Positions 37,801-49,545 of a stretch of 64,000 bases of DNA are shown in pieces. The position numbers were made by a program, and so were the translations under genes. The DNA is from Magallana gigas. Lineage: Eukaryota. Position 1 is the stretch's first letter. Every line of letters begins with the position of its first letter. The stretch spans positions 25,792,001-25,856,000 of the forward strand of contig NC_088859.1 of assembly GCF_963853765.1 (NCBI RefSeq), read 5' to 3'. The notes under the pieces are model-generated. The model had not been told where the DNA came from and searched no databases. It saw only the letters and a program-made list of their open reading frames with translations.

Positions 37801-40731
37801 GCCAACATGACTTAAGGCTCTGAAGATGTTATTGTTAAAATACCTGGGAATTTTTTATTAGATGTTTTTATAGAACTGATTACGGTACTGACTTTTATTA
37901 TCTAGGGTGCTTTCCATTTACGTTGCCTCGCCGATGACGTTATCGGGAAACAGTGACGTTAATGGAACGGTTGGCAATGTCACAATGATCCAACGATGAC
38001 GATTGCAGCTTTAAACTGATACTTATCTTAAAATTTGATCCAAAAAATTTGGCTATTTGCAGTTTTAATGTATTTCAATGTAGTAAGACAAATTATAGTT
38101 TTAGAAATACTGGTTTTGTAGAATATGATATCCTCGACGCCATATTGTTTCCTAATCGTCAATGGTATATTGCTTTGCCACAATCGCTCGCCTGCGACGC
38201 GCGTTCCAGCAATCGGCGACGAAGGCAACACCGGCAAATCCGGCGATGCCGGTTAAATGAAAAGCACCCCATGTTTCCCTAATAGCCCCCCTCAGAGAAA
38301 TGTCAGACTGATAAAAATCAAATACATACTAGAAAATGTATGAAAGTGAACATTTAAGGAGGGCTTTATTTTTACCCTTGATCACTATTATGGTTGAGCA
38401 AGATTTTTATTATCATTAGAATACCTTAGATGTCAGAACAATAAAAATCAGAGATATTTAAGCAAAACATTAAAGGAGGGCTACACTATTACTCTTAATT
38501 ACTTAGTCTGAACTAGAACAGACTATTGCTATAATCACTGAGACATACCTTGTTGTCCTCAAACACAGAGAAGACATGGGTGTACATATCCGACTGGTCA
38601 ATCACCACCTTCATGGCAGGGTCAGGCTTGGAGGGTGGATCACCAGCCTACATGAACATCAAACAAAACATTGCATCAACTGCATGTATTTCCCTTTAAA
38701 AAAGGCAATTTAGTGGAACCAGCACAGGTTTTCTGGTATTGTTATTTCAACTCATCGTTATGAAAATTACCTGTACTTTAAAAAAAAAAAATCTTCAAAG
38801 AGTTGTCAAAAAAAGAAGCCCCCTTCCCCAAAATACTTTTGCCCTGTGATGTTGTAATTTGTAGGCATTGAATTACACTTACTAGCACATGGATCTCTGA
38901 GTTGAGATAGTCCTGGTACACCTTGTTCAACATGTCCAGCACCTTAGAGATGGTGGACAAGGTGGCCTGGCTCTCAGAGGATAGCATGCTACGACAGACG
39001 TTTAGGATCACCCGCTTACTGTCATCCCTGGCCAGCAGGAACTTCGCCAACACATGCTGAAATTAAAATTACTCTGGTTACCGGTAGTATAAATTCATAC
39101 AGTTTTAGAAGTGATTTGTCATAGAGGTGAAGAATATGTCTGTCTATTTACTGACAGGCAGCTATAGACATTAAATTGAGGGTCACTAGATATCAAAAGG
39201 TCAATGATTGTCTAATTAGAGGTCCCTGGATGTCCATTCCTGATATCAGTTACACTCATGGTGGAATAAAACATGTGTGAAGTCATTTCTTTTAAAATAT
39301 TCATTTTGTAATTGTTATATGGTGTACCTTATCTGGAATCATTGTAACAATGGGCTCCAACTTCAGTTCCACGTACCATGAACATCCTGAAAATAAGAAA
39401 AAAGAAAATATCACTTACTTGATATTTTGAGTAACTCTGAGGTGTACATATGCTAAGGGTAACAGACATTTACAGAGGAAAAATAATTCAATGACATTTC
39501 TTACCTAATTTTGCATCAATGATAACATTTGGCTGAAAAACAACCCAGTTTGCAGAATCTGGTTTCGAGGCTAAGGATTTTTTCTGCTCACATCTTTTAT
39601 TCAATACTGGGTATGATGACCACAGATTTACATGATACATAATATTTAAATTCTAATTACAAAGGTGTTTAGATATTAGTTGATAGGATACAAAGTTCAC
39701 AGTTGTATTCCATTTTTGTCTGGCCACCTTGAATACCCAGTGCTAAAATGTAAAATTATGCAAATTAAATACAATTGTAACTGAAATTCAAATTATGTAC
39801 CAGTAGATTGAATTCTAATATAAAATCAATATATAATCATGGGTAGATCTAAAAGGGGGGGGGGGGGGTCGAGAGAGTCTGAACCCCCACCCCTTGGAAA
39901 ATATAAATTTCTTAAACTTACAAGTAAAGTTATAGAAAATATGCATCAGATCCCCTTGGCAAACTTAAATATCAGTAGAACACATTTATATATGTAAACA
40001 TATAATATTTTATGTGTAAGTCTGGATTAATTGTTCTAAATAAAACAGTACACTTACAAGGAAGCATAAGTCTGAAAGGCCTGATGGGTAGTGGAGACAC
40101 CACGGGATGGTGATAGCGGACAAATCCATCTGATTCACCGTCCAGATTAATGTCAAATATCACAGATGTCTGTTCAAGGAAAAATTATCAAATACATGTA
40201 CATGTATATACTGTAATTATACAAATGAACAATTACCCGGTATAGCTATTTTTGAGATCAATACGATGATTTCGCTACCCGAAAAGTAAAATAATCACTT
40301 CGTCAGGGACTTCATAACACTTGTTATATATTATTTTTTGCTATATCTGTGTTCGTACTAGACGAGTTTTACTATATTCAATTGGGCATGTTAAAAATTA
40401 TGCAAAATGAGGTTCAAGATATCATAAAAACTATCGATATATTAAATTGTTAATTATTTTTTCTTGCAATTTTTTATTTTACCTAAATTCCCACATATTC
40501 ATGACTTTTTCTTTGAAGAAAATTATTTAGATCATTACAAAAAAAAGTAGCTGGTTCTTAATTATAAAGTTTCTTACCCTTGAAGCTTGGTGGTGCACAA
40601 CAATAAGGTTGTTGACCACATTGATGGCGAATCTGCCACTCAATTCTAATCTCATTATGTCAGTTTTCCGTGCAGCCACATCTCTGAATAAATGAGGAAA
40701 CAATAAAATTTCCATAAATTGTCAGACTTAA

Positions 40732-40800
<69 letters not shown>

Positions 40801-43800
40801 TCTACCTATGAATCTGATATAAAACTATTTCAGCTCCAACAGAACCAGGTCTGGGCTGATGTCTGAGCACGATCACATACAGCTGACCATATCTGACATT
40901 TCATGAAACAAAAATTTCTATGAGTTAAAGTATAAACTGAGTTTTAGAACAGCTGGTTTATGATTGATATATCACAAAGCATTTTATACAAAAGAACAAG
41001 CTGTCTGATCCAAATATGATTGAATATAAATTTGGTATCTGGTAAATTTCTTCCATATTGTTATTAAATATATACAGAAAATATTAAATTTTGTCCTCTG
41101 ACATGATTAGCAATGTGATATTCAAAATTTATAAATATCATCATGTCTGAAGAAATATTATATGTCTGAAGGAAATATTATACAAAATAAATATTTTTTT
41201 AACAACTGTAAAGTGCATTACAGACCAAAGAAATGAACTTTATGTAATTATGGCTCTCCATGATTCACATCTTCGTTATTTTTACTTACATGTTTGCCAT
41301 GCTGACATCTCTCTCTAACAATGGCTGTTTTGTTGATTTCTGGTGAGATGGCAGATCCACCTCAAACTTGGTTAACTTTGTAATTATGCTGGGCTGTAAA
41401 AAAAAAACAAAGAAAACATCAACAGACAGTCCATGGGGGTAAAAAAAACTTGCTTATCATTCCTGCATTTGTCCAATGAAAATAATGGTGTTGTATTGTA
41501 AAAATATTAATTTAAAACAAAATTGATAGTCTTACTCTGAAGAAGAATGGATTTAGCTGGTTCCCTTGAGTACCAGATGCTAGAAGTAGGCAACTGCTTT
41601 CCATCTTAAACAAATATGAAAAGCATAAATGATTTATTTGTATGTGTATTCAATGAAGAATTCTTGTAAATATTCTAAATTCAGTACCATGCAAGTTTAT
41701 TTCAATTTACCTGAGCATCACTGTTCTGTAGTTTAGGTACTTTTCATTCTTTTATTACATTTTTTTTTATCAAAATTGATAATTTGATTCCTTTATGATT
41801 AAAAGAATTTAAAGAATACTGTGGAATCATTTTTATTCATGGGGGTCAATGTTCGTGGGTAGCAACAATTTTTCTGGTTCGTGGGGGCGTAATCTCTTTG
41901 GTAGTGTAATCAGGATAATTTTGATAAATAGTAAGTACCGGTAAGTGATTGTGCATTAGTTTGTGGGGATGTAAATTCGTGGGCAAGGGTTACCCATGAA
42001 AGCCACAAGCATTGGTCCCCCACGAACAAAGATGATTCCACGGTAGTTATATTGTAAGCTCTTCTTCAATATTAGGGGTACAGGTAAAACATCTCCTTAC
42101 CAACCAAACAAACCAGCAGACACTTATGTTGATGGTTTTAAGACACTTCAGAGTCCTTCTTTCGGGAGTTATCTGCAATAAAATGTACCCCAAAAATATG
42201 AAAAAATTCAATACTATTTGCTTTTTAATAAAAGACAAAAAATCATTTAATCTATCTCAATAATAATAGCTAATTATCAAAGAAAGAACATTTTTATGAA
42301 ACCTGATAAAATTCTATTCCATGATCTGTGATGAAGACGATTTCATTGGGAGAGGTCCACACAAATCCGCTGACTATTGTGGATTTCCCCTGCAACAAGA
42401 TGAAAGGTTATTTTGTTTATCCTGTGACATTAGGCCTTTAAAAAAAAATTGTGTGTTTAGGGTAACACTGATGAAAAAATTAGGTTAGGTAGGTAGGGAT
42501 TTTTTTTTATTTTATCATATTTTTTTCTGCTTGAATCCTAAGAATGTTTGTTTGTGTCATATTTAAAAACGCATTTTTGTAGGTTAGGTCGGGTTACCCT
42601 AAATACACAACTTTTTTTTTAGGCCTTACCTTTTACATGTAGGTACTTTGAATGGTCTTTAATGTAACAATTCATATTTTACATGCTCTCTGGAACCTTA
42701 CCTTACAGGTCTGTGAATACTCCAGCTGATCTGTTGTCATATCCTCATTGAAATTAACAAATTCCTGAAATACATATTTTACTTGGCTTTAAGGCACATA
42801 TTAAGTATACCAACATTGTATGCAAGTAAAATAAAGGTACTAAGTATATCAGTTCACTATACATCCCTGATCCCTTCCAACCAGAATTGATAAATCTGAA
42901 AATTATTTGCCATAAAAAGTATGACATGCAGTTTTATTTACCACAGATTTAGGAGATCTTTGTACAGCCAAGATTCTTCTGTCAGGTGAGAATTTTATTG
43001 AAGACACATCTCCTCTGCTTTCCATTCTACAAATAGAGACAAATATTTTAATTTAAATGAAAATTTCAATGTTAAGCTTGGGTTTTAAGAATACTGCTTG
43101 AATGTAGTGCTAAAACCTCCATTATATATGAATGTATTTGCCTAAATTTAATTTAAATCAACTTTTAATTAATATCATAAACATGTGAGGAAAAAATCCA
43201 GAATAAACTGCATCATCAAAATCTACTCATAAGTAGAGTCCATACCTAAATGTAATGGTGTCTTTTTCACTTGGCCCTTTGACCACCACACCAACTGCTC
43301 CCCCAGAACGTACTGTGAACACCTAGAATTGAAACAGTGAAAGAAAATCTATAATAATTGTAATCATTAATTAGTAGACCTTTTCACGTTAACTTTGGTA
43401 CTGCTTTCTTGCAGGGCATTTTGATATATTTTACCAAAGTTTTAGTAGATATTTAATCAAATGACATCAATGACACCAATCAATGTTATATCATTTTTCA
43501 CCAAAGTGTGTAATTTTGCCCTGAAAAATAGCAGAATTGCAGTTACTATAGAGGGGTCTGAATCTGAAATGCAAACATAAATAACTAAAACCGATGGGCT
43601 AACCTCATGTGCCAAATACAGTGATGAACTCTATCAATCGTAACTACTATAGTCTGTCCCAAGTTATTGCTTCCATCGCTTTTTGATGATTTTTAATAAA
43701 ATTACACATACTTGTGAAAGAAATACAGTTGAAATCGTTAAAAGGGAATATATCCAAGATATCTTCATTGATCAATTATCCCTTTCCACTCAAAAATTCA

Positions 43801-45715
43801 CAGGAACAAAAACAGATTCCTTACGGAGATTTATAATGAGCAGGCATGGGCACGATTACTCAAAAATGTAATCGATTAATAATCGATTACATAGGGCAAT
43901 TTTGTGTAATCGATTATTAATCGATTACACTCATTTTTGTCCAGTAATCGATTGTAATCGATTACTTTATAACATGTAATCGATTAATAATCGATTACTC
44001 TAAAAATAATTCATTAAAATGTGCATGGTACATGTACCTCTTCAGAACATATCATATAAACTCTTCAAGTTAATTTGGTTTTATTAAAGATGTATTTTCA
44101 TTATATGAATGATATGAAAATTTCAGACTTTATATTTCAATTTTAATAAGATAACATTTTATAATTTCTACGGTTTATTTAAATCATAAGCAATTATAAA
44201 GAAAGCTCTGTCATTTAAATTATGAAAACAAAGGTTTTTCTTGGAAGTTAACGACTTTGTATGAAATCTTGACCTTGCACCATTAACATCATAATCTTCT
44301 GTTGTTATTGATAATTTCTCTACAATAGGAATTAGATTAAAATTTTATAATTTTGAAAATATCATCGGCAATATCCAAAGAACTTTGAGGGAACCTTGCT
44401 TCATGATTTGAATGAATTGGGTTTGAAGCTTATAATTGTTCTGATTTAATAGATCCTTGTTGGGGTTATTTCAATTAGTTATCTAAACTGAGTTTTTTTA
44501 ACATGATTAGGGTGGTCACACCTCATTAAGTGCTTCGTGCATTTCTTAGCTGGCAAGAACAAACACACTTACTGACACTTACACACCCTTTTGTTTTTTC
44601 TCTGGCAAAAAAGACACTAAATATAACCTCTCTCTCTCTTTCTCTCCCTCTTTCTATCCCTCTTTAAATAATGGTCAGTAGCTTAGTGATATTTCTAAGC
44701 CACACTAGGTTAAATAATCAAAAAATTCTGCAAGGAAGTGTGAAAAACAGAGTGAACTGATTATTTGATTATATACTCAATGACATTTGAACCAATAGTT
44801 ATATTTTAAGTGAAAATGGAAAATCATAAAAAATGAATGTAAACAATTTTATTTTATATTTTATCAAATGTATTATAAACAACACTTGAGGAGCATTTTT
44901 CATACAATATGTGCATCACAATATGTTTATGTAAAGAGTAATCGAAAGTAATCGAAAAAGTAATTATAATTACACTGAACTTTTTGGCTGTAATCGATTA
45001 AATTACGATTACAAGTAATCGAAAATCTCTTCGATTACAGATTACTGTCGATTACTCCAAAAAGAGTAATCATTACAATCGATTACGATTACTCGATTAC
45101 GATTACCCCATGCCTGATAATGAGGAATGTTTACATCTTTTCTCCATTCGGAATACACTCGGAATACATCGCGCACTTTTTTAACATCATCCGGGCTTAT
45201 TAATGGCTGCTGCAATGCAAAATCTCCATAGACTTTCAATTTCGGGATGTGTATTGAAACTTGAAGCGGTATAGGGGGTGTTTCAAAACAGATAATCTGG
45301 ACATTTTTTATATTAGTGGATGAACGTAGTTTGAACACAAAGGTATTTACTGTTATTGAAATATCAAGCAAAAAGTGGTGGAAGCAAAAACTCGGGACAG
45401 AGTATTGTAACCCTGTCACTGCTAACCCCAACCCCAAACTTATTTTTTTTAACCAATGTTACCAGTTTTATACACGCTACAACTACAACTTGTAATTGAT
45501 TTATAACCAACCATTGTAACCAATGGTATCTAGGATTTCTTTGAAAATTCGACACTTTTTATTGTCCTCAAAGCAATTGTATTTTGATTGAATTTAGTTG
45601 GTTTTACCTGTTTATTTGCATCATCGTAAAAAACATTGGTAACTTTGTCCACAGGATCAAATCTGATGGGATTTTTACAGAGTTCGATATAAAAGCTTCC
45701 CTCCTCGTCTGCCAT
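34884..45715 (-). CDS. RMC1: Regulator of MON1-CCZ1 complex (C18orf8/MIC1), 22 coding exons, 655 aa
   Basis: Exons 45715-45608, 43322-43246, 43026-42942, 42764-42702, 42389-42303, 42172-42101, 41604-41536, 41393-41290, 40892-40806, 40683-40578, 40169-40058, 39742-39692, 39558-39505, 39386-39328, 39056-38883, 38647-38549, 37340-37263, 37056-36952, 36627-36559, 36163-36093, 35583-35429 and 34966-34884 total 1968 nt, all in phase. Motifs: NVFYDDANKQVFTVRSGGAVGVVVK, SIKFSPDRRILAVQRSPKSVEF, GRFAINVVNNLIVVHHQAS, CELYSANWVVFQPNVII, VIDQSDMYTHV, AVLIEYIRSL, YQLHQFLQYHVLQDSKPLACLMLSLE, AHQLALDMLKRL, RKFLEAA, GEHCEMYVKHFEGLFG. Confidence 0.96.
37905..38269. mobile_element. MITE with about 30-bp imperfect TIRs (GGGTGCTTT...)
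   Basis: GGGTGCTTTCCATTTA at the left end and TAAATGAAAAGCACCC at the right end. No clean TSD. Confidence 0.7.
41819..42043. mobile_element. TA-flanked MITE of the same terminal family, in an RMC1 intron
   Basis: TA|CTGTGGAATCAT ... ATGATTCCACGG|TA. Confidence 0.85.
42433..42625. mobile_element. PIF/Harbinger-like MITE
   Basis: TTA|GGCC... and ...GGCC|TTA give a 3-bp TSD. The TIRs are about 34 bp and end in TTTAGGGTAAC / GTTACCCTAAA. Confidence 0.8.
43650..45400. repeat. Dispersed repeat, copy 1 (split by the hAT element); copy 2 is at 57935-58620
   Basis: AGTCTGTCCCAAGTTATTGCTTCCATC ... CTCGGGACAGAGTATTG aligns by eye with 57935-58620 once the two insertions are removed. Confidence 0.85.
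43841..45116. mobile_element. Non-autonomous hAT-type DNA transposon in RMC1 intron 1
   Basis: TIRs CAGGCATGGG / CCCATGCCTG, a perfect 8-bp TSD ATAATGAG (43833-43840 and 45117-45124), and clustered subterminal AATCGATTA repeats at both ends. An empty site is visible in the homologous repeat at about 58340. Confidence 0.92.
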
Positions 45716-46600
45716 TGCAAATTTGTGTTCTTTCGCTACATAATTTGTATCTGAAGTTTAACGGTAGCAGAGTAAACAATATGTGAAGAAAGGGGCGAAA
45801 TCAAAATCAAGTAGGAAGTAAAATACGGACAATAAATTTTCAAACCAATCCAATTAGGTTCCGGAATAGGAAATGTTTCACCGATAGAATAAAATCAGAA
45901 ACATAAATAATATTAGTAAATGTTATTTATGTCTCTGATAAAATATAGGAATTTTGTATGTCTCAGACTCAGCCTTATAAATCATATCAGCTTTTTAAAC
46001 CAATTTGTCGAATGAGTTTCGAATTTTAATGGTCAAACGATTCTGTGATAAATTTTATATAAAACCGACATTTTTATCAATACGATATATAAATTTTAGA
46101 ACTGTTCATTGATAGCCATATCTAATATTGCACTTTTTTTTTCATTTACTTGTATATATATTCTATAGTTGTTACTTAAATCCGCTTTTTAAAAAAATAT
46201 AAAAAATTAAATTTTCTGTCATTTCGTAGCTACATGTAACTAAATAGGCATTGGCTAACGTTAGCATTTCATTTTTGTTGTTTTACTAAATCAAGTAAAA
46301 ATGTTTGGTATCACTGAATAATTTGAAAGTTTTTGTAAAAAAATTGTATGATACAAAATTGTTTCAGTAGATGTATTATTAAAAAGTATTTTAAAACTAA
46401 GTGCGATTAAAAAAAAAAATAATTTAAAAAGTCGTTTACAAGTTGATTGTTCATAAATGCAATATAGAAAGTAATTTGTGTTCTAAATGAATGCACGTAG
46501 AAGTAGATCTATCTCAAACATATTACCCTTAGGATAAGACAGGAATTTAAAGGTATAAATCAAATTTGCAGACAAGGCATGAAGTTAAAATAATGAAAAT

Positions 46601-46770
46601 ATAAGCATTAAATCATGATTTTTTTTAAGTATACAGTCTCATAACTGCAGAATTGTTTGCATATAAATTTCATAACGCCCTAACGCGCGTTACTCAATTT
46701 GTATGCACACACCGCTGCAGTTATGAGACTGTATAGTATTACTTTAAAAAATCATGATTCCAATGCAATA
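46601..46770. mobile_element. Fold-back palindromic element P2 (more degenerate)
   Basis: Arms AATCATGATT...ATACAGTCTCATAACTGCAG / CTGCAGTTATGAGACTGTAT...AATCATGATT around AACGCCC-TAAC-GCGCGTT. Confidence 0.75.
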
Positions 46771-46884
46771 ATGAACTTTTTCGTGACGTCTCAATGTTCA
46801 TAGCACGGTCTTATCGCTTGGATTATTGTAAACATAAAATCCCGGTGATTTAAACAGTTCTGAACGATTTTTCTTTTTCAAACG

Positions 46885-47053
46885 TAAATATAAGTAATAA
46901 ACAGCAATGTTAAAAAGTTCACCGGGATATGATGTTGGTTGGTACGTGATCAAACCTACTGAGAAGCCCTACGGGCTTCACAGGATTTGATCACGTGACC
47001 AACCAACTTCATATCCCGGTGAACTTTTTAAATTGCTGTTTATTTCTTAAACA
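46885..47053. mobile_element. Fold-back palindromic element P3
   Basis: Arms TAAGTAATAAACAGCAAT...GTGATCAAA around GAAGCCC-TAC-GGGCTTC. The ends are TAAATA and TAAACA. Confidence 0.8.
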
Positions 47054-47453
47054 ACCACGGAAGAAACGTGTACCTTTTTATAATAATTCTTTATATGTGA
47101 ATCAGTAACACCCAATTCATGTACTCTAAATAGAAAAAAAAAATAAAAATGTTGGAGACGGTTTTATTTACCTGGTATAACCGGTATGACAAGGCGTAGT
47201 TACAAACAATGACATACATATATATAATCTATAATAAACATTTTTTGACTTCAGGAAACATGTTGTGGTTATTTACAAGTATATAGAAAGGTCCATGGAA
47301 ACCAAACATTTCAATGGAAAAAAATAATATTATTTTTAGGTAAAAGAGAGCTCGGGTATCCACTTTTAATAAAACGTTTTAATTTCCACATAAATGCACA
47401 GTAAATGCATTAATTGCTATTGAACAGATTGATCAATTGTTGTTCTTGTTTGT

Positions 47454-48779
47454 TCAATCTTTCGGAGGAGTGATTTCATTGCCATCTCTGGACCGGGCTG
47501 TCATTGGTCTCTGGGCAGACAGCTTCTTTTGCTGTATGATACGCTCTCTTCGAATTTTTGCTTTCTCATGTTTATCCACCAACAGCTTGTCTCTTTCCTC
47601 TTAAAAAACAATCCATATTATATAATTATAATTAGTTCATCTTTTTCTCCATTTATAGTAGGGAATTGTGTATTATTGCTAGCGCTCTCGAGCGCTAGCA
47701 ACTACGTTAGTCCTTTTCACTGGAATACGCATGCTCGACTCCATAGTAGGGGATTCTGGGAATACTGTACTACTGTAGATAAACTGTACCATTTGAATTT
47801 CGTTTTATCATCTTCAAGTGAAGTTCTGTGTTTTATCGTTAATGTCAAAAAGTAACAGTAGCGTCGGTCTTATAAAGCAAAGTTATTTTCAATATTATAA
47901 TAAATAACATGTAGCTATAGCTTTATCTTAAATTCCTTCAAGCTCGGAAGACAACTTCGGATATGTTTTTCGAGCTTGCCGGAAAGGCCCGAGAAGATAC
48001 GATTGCTACAAAACAGTACCAATGGTTCCTGAAAAATTTCACCTCGAAATTGAAATTACAGTAGATACATAATGATTAAGGCACAGTAAATGAGCTATGC
48101 CATTGCCGATGTGAAGCCCACTCTAAATTCACAATTTTAAATTGCATGAGACCCCACTCCAGCACAATTCCAGTACACCACTGTGCCTTCCTATTGTTAA
48201 TTAATCGATTCAGAAATTTAAACCAATGTTTTAGAAATCTGCTTCTGGGTTTTATGATTGCTACAGCGCTAGCTCACCAATCTTTTTTAAAAGATAAGCT
48301 TGTAAATAATAATATTTTAATGTAAATTAATAGTAAAATATACCATCAAAAACAGTAACCCAGGATTTCTAATTTCAGAAAATACGATAACATATTATTG
48401 TTAGCATCTAAACACCCACCTTTCCATTTCTTATATTCCTCGTCCCCAGCTGTAAGAGCTGAATTCAGCCGAACTCTCTTAGCGTTGATTGGAGGAAGCT
48501 TGGGTACACTTGACTTGTACTCTATATTAAAAGCCACGCCTCCGCTCTTCTGTACGACCTCTGACAATGTACTATACGGAGGGCCCCATCAACTTGAGGT
48601 TTGTTGGTATTGGGCTCTGTACAGAACATCATCCACGGCAATGGCTTTGTCTGGATGTTATCTTCCATCAGCTCTATCTTTATTTCCTCTTCCATCTTAC
48701 TGTGGGCCTCCGCCTCTTCCTCCGACATAACATCAACTTTGTTGCTTCTCTTGCCGATACAACTCTGGATAAGACCCAT
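47454..48779 (-). pseudogene. Inverted paralog (copy B) of the stathmin-domain-like gene, with one frameshift in exon 1
   Basis: Exons 48779-48420 and 47599-47454, with the same phase-1 intron position as copy A. Between the shared D and E codons near 48560-48590, copy A has 24 nt and copy B has 26 nt. The frame-0 ORF therefore stops at 48522, while the homologous C-terminal sequence (EVVQKSGGVAFNIEYKSSVPKLPP...EERDKLLVDKHEKAKIRRER) continues intact in another frame. This may be a consensus indel error rather than a true pseudogene. Confidence 0.65.
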
Positions 48780-48933
48780 TTTGTTCTATCTTGCCTGACA
48801 ACTATATAGTGACGTCATTTATCTGTGACGTTGAATCGTCACAAAGGAATGACATCACTATGCCGTGACATAATTATTATTCCATAACAATACGCATTGT
48901 TTTCAAGTTGTCAGGCTTGCAATCAACAGCAAA
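48780..48933. promoter_or_regulatory. 154-bp divergent promoter and 5'UTR region between the paralog ATGs, rich in CRE-like sites
   Basis: Full palindromic TGACGTCA at 48810-48817, TGACGT at 48826-48831, a reverse TGACG half-site at 48837-48841, and TGACATCA at 48850-48857. Confidence 0.6.
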
Positions 48934-49545
48934 ATGGGTCTTATCCAGAGTTGTATTGGTAAGAGAAGCAACAAAGTCGATGTCATGTCAGAAGAGGAGG
49001 CGGAGGCCTACAGTAAGATGGAAGAGGAGATAAAGAAGGAACTAGTGGATGATAACATCCAGACCAAGCCCCTACCATGGATGATGTTTTGTACAGAGCC
49101 TATTGTCCCAAAACCTTTTACTGATGAGGTCCCCGGGAGCCCAGTTTTGGAAGTTGTGCAAAAGAAAGGAGGCGTTGCCTTCGATATCGGGTACAAGTCA
49201 ACTGTACCCAAGCTTCCTCCAATCAACGCTAAAAGGGTTCAGGTTCCAGCTGGGGGCGAGGACTACGAGAAATGGAAAGGTATGTATTATATAAACAGAT
49301 ACAATAATCATCAGTTTCAATTTAGAAGGTACATGATCTGTCAGTCAAATTACTAGTATCGACACTTAACCAATATATTTGTGTGTGTGTTTGTTTTAGC
49401 TGAAAGAGACAAACTTCTGGTCGATAAGCACGAGAAAGCAAAGATTCGAAGAGAACGTATCACCCAGGAAAAGAAGCTGTCTGCCCAGAGACCAAGGACA
49501 GCCCGGTCCAGAGATGCCATTGAAAGCACTCCTTCGAAAGATTGA
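48934..49545 (+). CDS. Small putatively N-acylated stathmin-domain-like protein (STMND1/CCDC198-like), copy A, 2 exons, 163 aa
   Basis: Exons 48934-49279 and 49400-49545, with a phase-1 intron (AAAG|gtatgt ... ttttag|CT). The protein begins MGLIQSCIGKRSNKV (Gly2, Cys7, basic residues). It then has GGVAFDI...PKLPP and a charged helix (KWKAERDKLLVDKHEKAKIRRERITQEKK), the layout of stathmin-like domains. The family call is by motif resemblance only. Confidence 0.85.

Noticed and set aside
45042-45437. 131-aa ORF as an independent gene
   Set aside because: It runs from a decayed repeat into the hAT TIR, and the second copy has stops and frameshifts.
48570-48590. Programmed -1 ribosomal frameshift in copy B
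   Set aside because: GGGGCCC is not in the X XXY YYZ register of the zero frame, and I saw no clear stimulatory structure.
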